Below are positions 37,538 to 48,051 of a DNA stretch of 64,000 nucleotides, one piece after another. Below the pieces are notes generated by a model. The model was not told the origin of the DNA, ran no database searches, and saw only the letters and a list, made by a program, of their open reading frames with translations. The stretch is from an uncultured virus (IMG/VR IMGVR_UViG_3300025418_001062). Its lineage: Duplodnaviria > Heunggongvirae > Uroviricota > Caudoviricetes. Numbering within the stretch: position 1 is the first letter of the stretch; every line of letters starts with the position of its first letter. Both the position numbers and the translations under genes were made by a program. Location: IMG/VR virus record IMGVR_UViG_3300025418_001062; one strand, given 5' to 3'.

Positions 37538-37981
37538 ATGCTCGAGACCCCGGCTCATGACCAGGGTGTAACGCATCACTACGTGGTTCATTATCCGCAT
37601 CACGAACCACGTGAGCACGACCCGCATTACAAAGACTTTAACGCATATCGTCGTCGCACAAAAGCAACGGCGGTATGCGCTATTGGCGCTCACCGCAACG
37701 ACTTTAGCGAATGTTCGCTAAGCAAGCCTTTAGAATTGCACCATGCACACATCGAGTTTTCCTTGCAGAATGGTGTAGACTTAAAGTGGCTCGAGGCTGA
37801 CTACCCCGGCGTTTCGGACCCTTCAATTGTTGGCGCATGGGTCGAGTCCGCAGAAAACCTTATGTGGCTTTGCGAAGCCCACCACCGTGGCGCAGGCGGA
37901 ATTCACGTTGCTGCCGCCTCTGATTTTGAAGCAGAAAAATACGTTCGCGGTTTAATATCACCGGTTACTGAGGAAAAATAA
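37538..37981 (+). CDS. His-rich protein, HNH-like
   Basis: ELHH...NLMWLCEAHH..GIH. Confidence 0.5.
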   Translation: MLETPAHDQGVTHHYVVHYPHHEPREHDPHYKDFNAYRRRTKATAVCAIGAHRNDFSECSLSKPLELHHAHIEFSLQNGVDLKWLEADYPGVSDPSIVGAWVESAENLMWLCEAHHRGAGGIHVAAASDFEAEKYVRGLISPVTEEK

Positions 37982-37984
37982 ACA

Positions 37985-40900
37985 ATGGCATACCCAACTT
38001 CAACAACAATTCGTTCGTACGGAGGCTCCGTTCCGCCCACGTACATTACAACAGACGTACCTAACTCTTACATCCCCAATCAAGGCATCACGGTTGCTTC
38101 TTTGGCGGGTTGGTACGAAGTAAGCGCCACGGGTCAAGCAACAACAAACCCGCTTGGCACTTCAGGTCCATTTGTAATTGTGTTGAATCCGGGCGAAACA
38201 AACGAGGAGCACATTCTTTGCTCTTCTGTTAATCTGGCAACCTCCACCATTGCGGTTTGGACAGACGGCACAAACAACGGTCGTGGATACGACGGCAACA
38301 TCATCTCTGCCCACTACCACCAGACCACGCAAAACAAAACAAACGACGTTTTTCACGGTGCCTCAGCAACCGAAAGCCTTCAGTTTAACCATGGCGTTCA
38401 ATCAGCAATCACCACCGCCAACCAAGCACTTTCATACGTGCAGGGTCTTACCGGTCCACAAGGCCCACAGGGTTATCAGGGAACGCAAGGCGTTCAAGGC
38501 CAGACTGGTGTTCAAGGCAGTCAAGGAACGCAAGGCGTTCAAGGGCCTCAAGGAAACCAAGGCATTCAAGGCGTTCAAGGCCAGACTGGCGCCCAGGGAA
38601 CGCAAGGAAACCAAGGTTTTCAAGGCAACCAAGGCATTCAAGGTTCAACGGGCGCGCAGGGAAGCACCGGCTTGCAGGGCCCTACGGGCGCTCAAGGGCC
38701 ACAAGGATACCAAGGCGCATCTGTTCAGGGGCCACAAGGATACCAAGGCGCATCTGTTCAGGGGCCCCAAGGTTATCAGGGTTTTCAAGGTTCAACGGGC
38801 GCCCAGGGTTCCAATGGTGCTCAAGGCAATCAAGGTCCCCAAGGTTCCACGACTTTTAATGGCGGAACAATAACCAACCCCCTTAACGGAACGCAGGGTA
38901 TTTTTTCTCAGTACGTTAGTACGCCAGTTATTTACGCAAACGGTTCATCAACCATTACTGTATTAAAACAGTCGGGTGCAGTAAATTATGTTCAATGGAA
39001 TGATGGTGGAGTTGCGCAAAAAGGAAGCCTTGTTGTAAACGGTGGACCACTGCAAGTTTCTTCTGCATTGGGCCTTCAGTCGTCACGATTTGTTGGTTCT
39101 ACAACTTCCGGCGCTCCAAATTCAACAAGTTACGCCTATCTTGTTGGTGACTTTGCGGTTGACCGCACGGGGGCTATTTGGATTTGCACCGCTGCGGGTT
39201 CACCGGGCACTTGGGCTCAGGTTGTTGGCTCGCAGGGGGCCCAAGGTGCCCAAGGTGCTCAAGGTGCCCAAGGTGCTCAAGGGGCACAAGGTCTTAGCGG
39301 CGGCCCATACCTTCCCCTTAGCGGTGGCACCTTAACGGGTGCCGTTGCTGGTACGTCTATCTCTCTTTCCGGAGAAGATGTTGCGACTGACTTTAAGGCT
39401 ACGGGCCTTACCGGCGCTACGTCTGGTGCTCGTTTTGTCGGTGGCACGATAAACGGCGCACCTACTTCGGGAACGTGGACGGTTGGCGACTTTGTAATTG
39501 ACCAGACCGCAACTATGTGGGTATACACCGGTTCTACTGCTGGCTGGTCTACCACTATTTCAAATCACCTTGTTTTGCGTTCGGCAACGGCAACGGTCGG
39601 ACGCAACGAGATAACGGTATTTACCGGAACCGCAGGTCAAACACTTTCAACCCCTAGCAACCCCATTGACGGTTCTTCTTGGACAATTATTAACAACAGC
39701 GCCAACTCAGTCACGCTGAGTTTTGCCAACTCAATGTACCCGCTTGGTTCCGGCTCAAGCGTCACTACTTACACCTTGTTATCCTATGGAACGTTAAGTT
39801 TTGTCAACTACAACGGCGGCAATTGGTACATGACAAACAGCAACAACTTGTCAAACCTTATTGGCACCCTTTCATTAACGAATAACGTTTCTGGTGTGCT
39901 CCCCACTACTAATGGTGGAACTGGTCTTTCTACAATTGGCACCGCCGGTCAAGCACTTGTGGTTAATCCAAGCGGCACCGGTCTTATTTACTCAAACAAT
40001 GCTGGTGCTCAAGGCTCACAGGGCGCAACCGGTGCTCAGGGTGCCACGGGCGTTCAGGGCGCTACGGGTGCTACTGGTGCTCAGGGCAGTCAAGGTTATC
40101 AAGGCGTCGTTGGTGCAACTGGTTCGCAGGGTGCCACGGGGGCTCAAGGGGCCCAGGGTGCAACAGGTCCTCAAGGATACCAAGGCGCATCTGTTCAGGG
40201 CCCTCAAGGATACCAAGGGACAGCAGGTTCTACTGGTACACAAGGTTCACAGGGCTATCAAGGAAACCAAGGCGTTCAAGGTGCAAACGGTGCAAACGGT
40301 GCGCAAGGAGCGCAGGGCGCAAATGGAGTAAATGGCGCTCAAGGACCGCAAGGTTATCAGGGCTACCAAGGGTACCAAGGTGCCACGGGCCCCTCAACAG
40401 GTACCGCTGGCGGCGACCTTACAGGCTCGTACCCCAACCCCACTGTTGCAGCAATTCAAGGCAAGTCGATTACCTCGGCGCAAGCCACCGTTCTTGGTCA
40501 GGCTGGCAACTTCAAGTCCTACACCTCATCGGGCGGCGCGGCCCCAGCCGCAGGAGAAAACTCGTTCTTGGGTGTCGGCTTCTCGGGGTCGGTTACGCTC
40601 CCCTCGGCTCCGGCGAACGGCACTATCAACACCATCTACAACAACACGAACGCCGCGACCATCAACCGAGGCGGAACCGACACCATCGCTTTCGGCAGTT
40701 CAACCACGAACACGGCCTACACCCTGCCGTACTACTTCAGCGCATCTCTCATCTACTATTCGGGCGTTTGGTACTTCATTGGCGGTAACACGAACTACAC
40801 CGGCAACGGCAGCGTTGTTCAGTCCACCAGCCCACTGCTCACAACGCCAGTCCTGAAATCGTCGTTTGAACTTGCCTACGTCGATAGCACCGTTCTCAAC

Positions 40901-41245
40901 GGAACCTACAACATCTACTCCTACACCAACGGCTCGCTCATCCTGAACACCGGAACGCCGAGCGCAAACTTCACCTTCAACGTGGCCTCGACCTCGGGGC
41001 AGACGCTGAACGCCGCTCTTGGTGTCGGGCAGTCATTCACTTTCACGGTGCTGGTCACGAACGGGTCATCAAACGCCTACTACCTCACCGGTATCTCGGT
41101 AGACGGAACCTCGCAAACCGTGAACTGGCAGGGTGGCTCCGCTCCCTCAACCCCAGCCCTCTCGACAATGTACGCCTACACCGTCACGATTATCAAGACC
41201 GCCGCAAGCACCTACACCGTTCTCGCTTCCCAGACACAGTTCTAA
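37985..41245 (+). CDS. Large collagen-like fibre / adhesin
   Basis: Three G-X-Q tracts separated by beta-rich domains; 1086 aa. Confidence 0.85.
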   Translation: MAYPTSTTIRSYGGSVPPTYITTDVPNSYIPNQGITVASLAGWYEVSATGQATTNPLGTSGPFVIVLNPGETNEEHILCSSVNLATSTIAVWTDGTNNGRGYDGNIISAHYHQTTQNKTNDVFHGASATESLQFNHGVQSAITTANQALSYVQGLTGPQGPQGYQGTQGVQGQTGVQGSQGTQGVQGPQGNQGIQGVQGQTGAQGTQGNQGFQGNQGIQGSTGAQGSTGLQGPTGAQGPQGYQGASVQGPQGYQGASVQGPQGYQGFQGSTGAQGSNGAQGNQGPQGSTTFNGGTITNPLNGTQGIFSQYVSTPVIYANGSSTITVLKQSGAVNYVQWNDGGVAQKGSLVVNGGPLQVSSALGLQSSRFVGSTTSGAPNSTSYAYLVGDFAVDRTGAIWICTAAGSPGTWAQVVGSQGAQGAQGAQGAQGAQGAQGLSGGPYLPLSGGTLTGAVAGTSISLSGEDVATDFKATGLTGATSGARFVGGTINGAPTSGTWTVGDFVIDQTATMWVYTGSTAGWSTTISNHLVLRSATATVGRNEITVFTGTAGQTLSTPSNPIDGSSWTIINNSANSVTLSFANSMYPLGSGSSVTTYTLLSYGTLSFVNYNGGNWYMTNSNNLSNLIGTLSLTNNVSGVLPTTNGGTGLSTIGTAGQALVVNPSGTGLIYSNNAGAQGSQGATGAQGATGVQGATGATGAQGSQGYQGVVGATGSQGATGAQGAQGATGPQGYQGASVQGPQGYQGTAGSTGTQGSQGYQGNQGVQGANGANGAQGAQGANGVNGAQGPQGYQGYQGYQGATGPSTGTAGGDLTGSYPNPTVAAIQGKSITSAQATVLGQAGNFKSYTSSGGAAPAAGENSFLGVGFSGSVTLPSAPANGTINTIYNNTNAATINRGGTDTIAFGSSTTNTAYTLPYYFSASLIYYSGVWYFIGGNTNYTGNGSVVQSTSPLLTTPVLKSSFELAYVDSTVLNGTYNIYSYTNGSLILNTGTPSANFTFNVASTSGQTLNAALGVGQSFTFTVLVTNGSSNAYYLTGISVDGTSQTVNWQGGSAPSTPALSTMYAYTVTIIKTAASTYTVLASQTQF

Positions 41246-42087
41246 TGCCACTCACCTCAACGCTTGCTTCGAACACATCACACGCACTTGGCGAGTTCTA
41301 CTCGTTCTCGCTGGACTACCTCGTCATCGGTGGCGGAGGCGGAGGTGGTGGCTCGGGCCCCGCTCGCTTTGGTGGTGGTGGAGGTGCGGGCGACCTGCTT
41401 CAGACCGCGACCTTCGCTACTGGTGGAGTGACCAGCCCCAAACTCAGTGGCATTACCCCTGGCACAGTCCTCACCATCCTTTCGGGTATTCCTGGCTTTG
41501 GGGGCATAGGCGACGTATCGGGAACTACAGGTACTAATTCTTCCATCGCCTACGGCGCACTTGGCAATCAGAAAATTATCATCGCCAACGGTGGTGGTTA
41601 TGGTGGCCTCGGCGGAACATCGGCAACGTTTGGTAGTGCAGGTGGCTCTGGCGGTGGTGGTGGTAGAGCAAGTGGCGCTGGCGGGGCCGCAATAGGAACT
41701 AATGTTTATGCCGGTGGTACCGCTCCGTCGGGAAGCGGCATAGGAGCCGGTGGTGGTGGTGCGAGCGCGGTCGGAACTTCAACGGGAACCGGCGGCGCAG
41801 GACTGGCAAACACGATTACCGGAACGTCAGTGACCTACTGCATCGGTGGGTCCGCAGGACAGACCTCTGGCCCCACGACCTACGGGTGCGGTGGATACGC
41901 TGGCAACACTGCTTTAGCCAACGGCGCAAACGGCAACTACGGCGTGGTTATTTTGGCGTGGCCTGCCTCGGCTTACAAAGGGACGCCCAAGTTCAACGGC
42001 ACCGTCCCCCCTACGGTGCAGACCAACGGCAACTACAAGTACGTCGTGTTTGACATCAACACCAACTCGAACACCATCACTTTTTAA
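41245..42087 (+). CDS. Glycine-rich virion protein
   Basis: DYLVIGGGGGGG...GGGGAG motif; TAATG coupling to the fibre gene. Confidence 0.75.
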   Translation: MPLTSTLASNTSHALGEFYSFSLDYLVIGGGGGGGGSGPARFGGGGGAGDLLQTATFATGGVTSPKLSGITPGTVLTILSGIPGFGGIGDVSGTTGTNSSIAYGALGNQKIIIANGGGYGGLGGTSATFGSAGGSGGGGGRASGAGGAAIGTNVYAGGTAPSGSGIGAGGGGASAVGTSTGTGGAGLANTITGTSVTYCIGGSAGQTSGPTTYGCGGYAGNTALANGANGNYGVVILAWPASAYKGTPKFNGTVPPTVQTNGNYKYVVFDINTNSNTITF

Positions 42088-42136
42088 AAAATTTTAGGCA
42101 TTTACAGCAAATTGGCAAAACTGACAGGAGACTTTA

Positions 42137-42340
42137 ATGTCATTATTTAATCAAGGATATTACGGTCTTCCTAAAACTTGGTACACCAGCCCGACCTACC
42201 CACAATTAACGGCGCAGCCAGGCAACGTTGTAGCAATTGACTTTTCTGCAAAACTTTGGAACTTAGACATTTCTGCTACGGTTAGCGGGGCGGACCACGC
42301 CGACGCGCTCTGGGGCAAAGACAACAATCAGGAGCAATAA
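42137..42340 (+). CDS. Small hypothetical protein
   Basis: AGGAG RBS; coupled to next ORF. Confidence 0.65.
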   Translation: MSLFNQGYYGLPKTWYTSPTYPQLTAQPGNVVAIDFSAKLWNLDISATVSGADHADALWGKDNNQEQ

Positions 42341-42723
42341 TGTATCCAGTAACAGTAAACAAATACGAACAGGGAACTGCCGTTATTCTTACAACCGGCG
42401 AACCCTTTACGTCGTACTTGGGAACGGTTGTTGACCCCGACCTTGTGTACCTTGGCGTGCAAATCAATGGCAACGACGGCTCCACAACCCTTTTAACCTT
42501 TAAATACACAAACGGGGTGGGCGACACCACGGGAACCATTGTGCGTACCAGTGTCGGCGCGTACCAAGCGTCTATTGACTCTAGCCTTTACCCCGCGGGC
42601 GTTTGGGTGTATTCGTGGATGGGCGAACCTTCCGAAGAAGTAAACATTGACTCTACAAAGACCAAGGTTCGCTCGAACGACAAGCAACTTATTATCGAAC
42701 AGCCTGCGTTTCCTTTAGGGTAA
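42340..42723 (+). CDS. Beta-rich (Ig-like) hypothetical protein
   Basis: AGGAG RBS; G.Y.A.ID...GVWVY.W pattern. Confidence 0.65.
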   Translation: MYPVTVNKYEQGTAVILTTGEPFTSYLGTVVDPDLVYLGVQINGNDGSTTLLTFKYTNGVGDTTGTIVRTSVGAYQASIDSSLYPAGVWVYSWMGEPSEEVNIDSTKTKVRSNDKQLIIEQPAFPLG

Positions 42724-42766
42724 TTACAATGATAAACTGGGGGTGTTTTTTAGAAGGGAACACCCA

Positions 42767-43000
42767 ATGGCTAAACCCGATTTGTCCGAGTTTCTTGAGA
42801 AACCAAAACGTATTTGCATTTCCAACCAGTTAATTCAGCGCCTTGACAAAGAAGACCGTGAAAAGGTTGAAGCGGCGCTATTGGAAACAACCATTGACGG
42901 CGCCTCTATTGTGCGCTTTATTCAGAAGCGCGGCCTTGACGCCAAGCACCCCGCCCTTTTAAGGCATCGTAAAAAGGAATGTATTTGCTATGGCATCTAA
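42767..43000 (+). CDS. Small putative DNA-binding protein
   Basis: C...RHRKKECIC; precedes phosphoesterase. Confidence 0.6.
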   Translation: MAKPDLSEFLEKPKRICISNQLIQRLDKEDREKVEAALLETTIDGASIVRFIQKRGLDAKHPALLRHRKKECICYGI

Positions 43001-43982
43001 GAAACTGGATTTGACCGAATTTTACCGTCACCGTCTTGAGCCAATTGAGGTTGACCAAGAAGACCTAACGGCTCTTCAAAAAATGGTTGAGCGAAAGAAG
43101 CCGGCAAAGCCAGTTGAGCCAGAGGGCGAAGTTGCTATGTTGGCGCTTTTGGCCGACTGGCAAATGGGAAAAATGGAGGGCGGTGGCAGCAAAGCCATTG
43201 TCAATCGGATTGTTACGTTCCAAGACCGTCTTATTTTCCGCCTCCGTGATTTGAAAAAACTTGGGCGCGGCGTAACAACGGTTTATCTTGTGGGTCTGGG
43301 TGACCTTATCGAACAATGTTCGGGACACTACGCAATGCAGACCGCCAATACGGACCTCGACCGTCGTGAGCAAATGCGGGTCGCTCGTCGTTTGGTAATG
43401 CGAATAGTCGACCTGTTGGTTGACGAGGGCTACAGGGTCGTTCTAGGGGCCGTTCCGGGCAACCACGGAGAGAATCGCAACGCCTACGGAAAAGCGTATA
43501 CGTCTTGGACTGACAACGACGACCTTGCTATCTTTGACGGCGTATCCGAAATCATTGCGCACAACCCAGAACGCTACGCTAACGTAAGCATTCCCCTCGG
43601 CGCCATTGCCGAAGACCTTACAATGACCCTTGACATTGCCGGCGTTACTTGCGCCTTTGCACACGGTCACTCTTTCCGCAATGGAAGCAATAAGAACTGG
43701 GTAAAGACCAACGGTAGCATTGGCAAGATTGAATCATGGTGGCAGGGACAGGTAATGGGAAATCAGCCCGTCTCTAAGGCTAAGATTCTTTTCTGTGGCC
43801 ACCTGCACCACTACGTAGCCTCGAGCGCAACGGGTCGTCAAGTCTTTATGGCACCAGCCGCAGACGGCGGCTCACACTGGATTACTAGCACTGCGGGCGT
43901 CAACTGCCCCCCAGGTATGCTAACATTGTTAGTCGGTTCCGGCTGCGGACCGTTTGGATGGAGTGACCAACAGATTCTATGA
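42990..43982 (+). CDS. Calcineurin-like metallophosphoesterase/nuclease
   Basis: ADWQ.GK, GDLIE, GNHG, HGH, GHLHH. Confidence 0.85.
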   Translation: MASKKLDLTEFYRHRLEPIEVDQEDLTALQKMVERKKPAKPVEPEGEVAMLALLADWQMGKMEGGGSKAIVNRIVTFQDRLIFRLRDLKKLGRGVTTVYLVGLGDLIEQCSGHYAMQTANTDLDRREQMRVARRLVMRIVDLLVDEGYRVVLGAVPGNHGENRNAYGKAYTSWTDNDDLAIFDGVSEIIAHNPERYANVSIPLGAIAEDLTMTLDIAGVTCAFAHGHSFRNGSNKNWVKTNGSIGKIESWWQGQVMGNQPVSKAKILFCGHLHHYVASSATGRQVFMAPAADGGSHWITSTAGVNCPPGMLTLLVGSGCGPFGWSDQQIL

Positions 43983-44236
43983 AGCGAAACAAAGAGCCTT
44001 CTCAGTCAAGCATAGAATACGCAAAGCGTAGCAATCTATACCTTAGCAAAGAAGAAAAATTGCTCTGGGTGCCCTGCATTGTTTGCGGGGACCTGTGCCC
44101 TCAGCAACTTGAGGGCGCTTTTGCCGCTTTTGATGAGGTGCATATGTGTTGCACAATGGAACCTGAATACCCCAAGCGGGTCAAAGAATTAGAAAAACAA
44201 CGCCAAGAAGTAGAAGCGCCCTCTTCACTCTTTTGA
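43979..44236 (+). CDS. Small Cys-containing hypothetical protein
   Basis: CIVC...HMCC; ATGA overlap. Confidence 0.55.
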   Translation: MKRNKEPSQSSIEYAKRSNLYLSKEEKLLWVPCIVCGDLCPQQLEGAFAAFDEVHMCCTMEPEYPKRVKELEKQRQEVEAPSSLF

Positions 44237-44554
44237 TTCTAGGCTTAGCCATGCTTCCTCTACGCTAATGTTGGCTTGAATTAATTTCGTGCGCTCTTCT
44301 GGCGTGCTTCCGCCCCAAACCCCGTCTTCGGTTTGTGTGTTCATTGCGTATTCAAAGCATTCGTACTGGACAGGACAAAACCTGCATGTATTTATTGCCT
44401 TTTTAATGACCGAGGACTTGCCCCGACCGGGAAAAAAGTTTGCAATTCCTTGGTTCTTACAAGCCGCGTAGTTGTAAAAATCTGGGCGCGCATCAGCAAG
44501 AGTGTTGATGAACTGATAGATTTCAAACTCGGTAAAATTAAACTCCGGTAGCAT
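44225..44554 (-). CDS. whiB: WhiB-family transcription factor
   Basis: AAC..FFP...CRFCPVQYEC..GVWGG...ER. Confidence 0.9.
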   Translation of the reverse strand: MLPEFNFTEFEIYQFINTLADARPDFYNYAACKNQGIANFFPGRGKSSVIKKAINTCRFCPVQYECFEYAMNTQTEDGVWGGSTPEERTKLIQANISVEEAWLSLESKE

Positions 44555-44705
44555 TGGCACCGAATGATTCCGAGATGTGGAGATGGCCCGCTGAATGGGC
44601 CAGGGAGCGCGTCTTATACTTTCCGCTCCAATGGCATGAGCAAACAGTGTTGTACGTGCCCTTCTCAAAAACCACTTCTACGATGTGCTTTTTTACTTTT
44701 CCCAT
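44538..44705 (-). CDS. Small C2H2-like zinc-finger protein (55 aa)
   Basis: MGKVKKHIVE...CSCHW...AHSAGHLH; translated by hand. Confidence 0.5.
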   Translation of the reverse strand: MGKVKKHIVEVVFEKGTYNTVCSCHWSGKYKTRSLAHSAGHLHISESFGANATGV

Positions 44706-45085
44706 GACCATTTTCTAAATCCTCTTCTATGCGCTTCTGCGGGGTTGTCTGTAATCATGGTGTGGCAGTAGCGACACACAGCCATAAATTGACTTAAATC
44801 TTCGCTTAGTATAGCACCCCCTGCGCCGCGGGGTAACACCTCATGGACGTCCACAGAACGCCCAGAGCATTCATTATCCCACCGTGCTTGGCAATGTGGG
44901 TTTGCTGCAAAGAACGATGCAACAAATGCAGAACGTTCTTTGTAGACTTCTTTTGTTTTTTTGGAACGGGGCGACAGCGATTTTTTCGTTGTTAGCCCTT
45001 TTTTGCTTTTTAGACCTGTATTTTGACGCAACGAAACCCCCCGTTGTAATCCCTTGCGGGCAACGAGGGGCTTCTTGCGCTCCAA
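44693..45085 (-). CDS. HNH endonuclease-like protein
   Basis: CQA..C..DVHE...R..GG...VCRYCH. Confidence 0.75.
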   Translation of the reverse strand: MERKKPLVARKGLQRGVSLRQNTGLKSKKGLTTKKSLSPRSKKTKEVYKERSAFVASFFAANPHCQARWDNECSGRSVDVHEVLPRGAGGAILSEDLSQFMAVCRYCHTMITDNPAEAHRRGFRKWSWEK

Positions 45086-45238
45086 CTAAAAGTCGATGTG
45101 TTGCTGTTGTGTATTTAGAATTGCGTTAAGTCGGTGCGACTCACGCAGAGAGGTTTGTAGCATCTCAATCTGAATGTTCAAATCCTCGATTTGCTTTTCC
45201 AGCGTCAAGATGTACTTTTGCAACTCTTCTTCGTACAT
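45086..45238 (-). CDS. Small coiled-coil protein (50 aa)
   Basis: GGAGG RBS; MYEEELQKY...; translated by hand. Confidence 0.6.
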   Translation of the reverse strand: MYEEELQKYILTLEKQIEDLNIQIEMLQTSLRESHRLNAILNTQQQHIDF

Positions 45239-45246
45239 AAAGCCTC

Positions 45247-45609
45247 CTAGTCTCGATAAGAAGCCATAAGACTTCTTAACACTTCTAGTCTACTACGTAC
45301 AGACATAAGCGCCTGACGCGTAGAATCATTTTTTGCCTTTGCCGCTTCCATTGCCATTCGCTCCACTTCTGTGTCCACTGTAGCAATGTCTTCAGCCATA
45401 TCGGAAGTTACCTTTACCCCGTTAATTGGGCCGGCGATACGGGCATTTAGACGGCTTTTGGCATAGGCTGACTTGAAGGCCGCTTCTGCTCTGCCGTACT
45501 CGTCCGCCGTCCCCGCAAAAATCTTGGTCAATTCGTCCATTCGGTCAACCGAATGCAAGATGGAAGACTCAATATTTTTGTAGGTAAGCGGAGCGGAGTA
45601 ATCAGACAT
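45247..45609 (-). CDS. Helical protein, possible recombination mediator (UvsY-like)
   Basis: All-helical 120 aa next to SSB; function inferred from context. Confidence 0.45.
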   Translation of the reverse strand: MSDYSAPLTYKNIESSILHSVDRMDELTKIFAGTADEYGRAEAAFKSAYAKSRLNARIAGPINGVKVTSDMAEDIATVDTEVERMAMEAAKAKNDSTRQALMSVRSRLEVLRSLMASYRD

Positions 45610-45617
45610 GGTTCAAC

Positions 45618-46031
45618 CTAAAACTGGTCGTCGTCCCAAACGTTTCCGTTGTTAACGTCACGGTTGGGCTGGTTGAAACCATTGGGTGCGGAACGCTCGT
45701 TCTTGGTGATTGAAACCGTTGCAAAGCGGAGCAGTGCGCCCACTTCGTCGGCTACCACCTGAACGCTGGTGCCCTTGGAGCCGTCGTTACGCTCGTATTC
45801 ACGAACTTCCTGACGACCCTTGACGATGACGCCAGAACCCTTGACCAAAGAAGCGTGAATGTTTTCGGCGCTCTTGCCGAAAGCAACCACGTCGTAGAAA
45901 CTGGTGTGTTCCTTCTCCTTGTTCTTGTAGGTTTCGGCTACGCCAAAGCGAACCGTTGCCATGCCGCTATTGCCGAACTTGAGTTCAGGGTCACGGGTAA
46001 TGTTGCCTGTAATGGTGATTGTTGATGACAT
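45618..46031 (-). CDS. ssb: Single-stranded DNA-binding protein
   Basis: GNITRDPELK, VVAFGKSAE, acidic-aromatic C-terminus. Confidence 0.95.
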   Translation of the reverse strand: MSSTITITGNITRDPELKFGNSGMATVRFGVAETYKNKEKEHTSFYDVVAFGKSAENIHASLVKGSGVIVKGRQEVREYERNDGSKGTSVQVVADEVGALLRFATVSITKNERSAPNGFNQPNRDVNNGNVWDDDQF

Positions 46032-46046
46032 GTTAAGTCCTTTCTG

Positions 46047-46733
46047 TTACTGAAGTGATTGTAGGTGTTCGATGACCTTCTTGGCCTCGTCAAAGGTCAA
46101 CTTGGTAAGGTCACTAATTTCACGCCCGATGACTTCTGACACGGTAGCGAACTGCTGTGCGTCGTCAAAGTTAAGCGTCTTGTGGCAGATGGCCCAAATC
46201 ATGCGGGTCATCTTCTCGGTAGCCATACCCGAAGCCTTGGCTGGCGCTGGCTGTCCGGCTGCACTTGCAACCTTAGAGTCAAGCGACTGCTTTGGTGGAG
46301 CAGACTGAGCGGGCTTTACAAAAGCCTTCTGAACATCAGCGGCAAACGTAGCGGCGTTGCCGTCGTCGTCATTGTCTGCAACCAAACCGAGCGCCGCCAT
46401 GTAACTGTAACGACGAGCGTAGGTAATGGCGCTACCCTGTGATTGTGGGTCATTAGACTTAGCAACGTGAAGTCGCATTGAGTGACTAATGAACTCACCC
46501 GATGAGTGAAGCAAATACGTGGTGAGTAAGTCACCGAGGTCGTCAGAGTCAACGAACTGAGCGACAGACAAACCATTCTTAGACAACACTGGTGTCGCCG
46601 TGGCAACTACGTCCGGCAATGCGGCGTACTTGCTCTTGAAGAACGGGTTGTCCGCTCCCTTGGGTACTGCTGAAAACTCCCCTTGCGCAGCGGCAAGAGC
46701 AACTGCAAGATTCTTGATTGAATCACTCTTCAT
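46047..46733 (-). CDS. ERF-family single-strand annealing protein
   Basis: NPFFKSKYA.L, QGSAITYARRY, DDDGN. Confidence 0.92.
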   Translation of the reverse strand: MKSDSIKNLAVALAAAQGEFSAVPKGADNPFFKSKYAALPDVVATATPVLSKNGLSVAQFVDSDDLGDLLTTYLLHSSGEFISHSMRLHVAKSNDPQSQGSAITYARRYSYMAALGLVADNDDDGNAATFAADVQKAFVKPAQSAPPKQSLDSKVASAAGQPAPAKASGMATEKMTRMIWAICHKTLNFDDAQQFATVSEVIGREISDLTKLTFDEAKKVIEHLQSLQ

Positions 46734-46761
46734 TTACATTCCTTTCTTTAGAGGTGTAACC

Positions 46762-46790
46762 ACTATACCATACGAACTTGAACGTGTCAA
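46762..46790 (-). promoter_or_regulatory. Promoter for erf-ssb genes
   Basis: TTGACA-N17-TATAGT; -35 lies within GAACTTGA-N5-TCAAGTTC inverted repeat. Confidence 0.8.
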
Positions 46791-46795
46791 GTTCA

Positions 46796-47830
46796 TTATT
46801 TAGAATTAATCCGAAGAGTGCGTGCACCGGGACGAACCTTTTTGAACCGTTCCCAGATTTCGGGTGCTTCCTTCTTGATTCGGTCTGCGTCAAGGCTTTC
46901 AACTTCCTTGCCGGCCTTGTAGGTAAGCAGCACGGTCCCGTTGTACTTGGCTGATTCGGCATCGCCTACCAATTCAACAATCTGTGCGCGCAGAGCCTTG
47001 CGCTTAGCGTCGGCGGCATCTGCTTCTTCCTTAGCGGCCTCAAACTCGGCAATCAAAGCGAGAAGGTCTACCTCTGCTTCAACAAACTTGCCTTCTTCGT
47101 GGCGAGGATAACGCTGACGTTGTGCGGCTTCGGTCGCCTCGCTACCGTCTGTAGGTGGCGCGGTCTTTGTTACGACCTGCTCCCAAAACTCCGCCTCGGC
47201 AATAATAAGGTTGTCGGCAATGTTCTGGTTCCATTCCATCTCACGAACCTGCAAGCCCTGACCACCAATAAGCGCCGCAAACGTAATCTTTGGCACTTCA
47301 TGGAAACCAGCCACGATACCGTAGTGGTACCCCTGCAACATGTAACTCTCGGGAATGTTGTTGTACGCCCATGCACCGGGATTACCGGGGCTAGCAATAC
47401 CAGCGGTCTTGACTTCAAGAATGCCTTCAACGTTGGGCGGGGGCGTAGCAAAGCGCCACGTCTGAACTGTGCCGGCAGGGAATTCCTCGCTGGGCTCCAC
47501 AATCAAGAAGTCAAGGTTGGCAAACATGAACTCACGCCCCTCTTCGAGCGAACGAAGAATGACGGGCCACTCAACTACAGCCTTGTTGTGCTTACGTGCA
47601 TAGTGAGCCGCAATAGGACGCTCGAGGTCGTGACCCCAATCAGTCGCATCGTTACCACTAAATTCAGTGGGCATGATGCCGGTCTTCTCGCCCCACAATG
47701 CGTAGGCTGACTTGTACTTGTTTACGCCGACAATAGTGCCTGCGTCTGAGCCACCGATTCCGCCCTTGCGAGCCTCGAGCCACTCATCATTGCTCATATC
47801 CCATACGGGGATTACTTCTACTTTGTTCAC
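46796..47830 (-). CDS. YqaJ-like (lambda-exonuclease family) nuclease
   Basis: WLEARK.GIGGSD, WGHDLE, ANLD, LEVKT. Confidence 0.92.
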   Translation of the reverse strand: MNKVEVIPVWDMSNDEWLEARKGGIGGSDAGTIVGVNKYKSAYALWGEKTGIMPTEFSGNDATDWGHDLERPIAAHYARKHNKAVVEWPVILRSLEEGREFMFANLDFLIVEPSEEFPAGTVQTWRFATPPPNVEGILEVKTAGIASPGNPGAWAYNNIPESYMLQGYHYGIVAGFHEVPKITFAALIGGQGLQVREMEWNQNIADNLIIAEAEFWEQVVTKTAPPTDGSEATEAAQRQRYPRHEEGKFVEAEVDLLALIAEFEAAKEEADAADAKRKALRAQIVELVGDAESAKYNGTVLLTYKAGKEVESLDADRIKKEAPEIWERFKKVRPGARTLRINSK

Positions 47831-48051
47831 TCTGTTCCTTTCAGTTTGATGGACCTTGCCACCTTTTCGTTTAATTCAATTACATTTGTTTCTTTTAATT
47901 CCTTGCACACGTTGAACACGGTGCCAAGAGAAATGCCCGTAATGCGGGAAATGTCTCGGTAACTCGGTCCGTACGTATGTCCAATATACCACATCTTGAT
48001 TGCTTCCGCAACTCGAACTTGATTGTTTTTTTGTGCGTTCTTCTCACTCAT
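47827..48051 (-). CDS. Stand-alone LexA-like DNA-binding domain
   Basis: GPSYRDI...G.S..TV....L.....I......RSIKL; no peptidase domain. Confidence 0.75.
   Translation of the reverse strand: MSEKNAQKNNQVRVAEAIKMWYIGHTYGPSYRDISRITGISLGTVFNVCKELKETNVIELNEKVARSIKLKGTE

Noticed and set aside
31980..42087. Diversity-generating retroelement or invertible fibre switch
   Set aside because: No reverse transcriptase, invertase or TR/VR pair recognised
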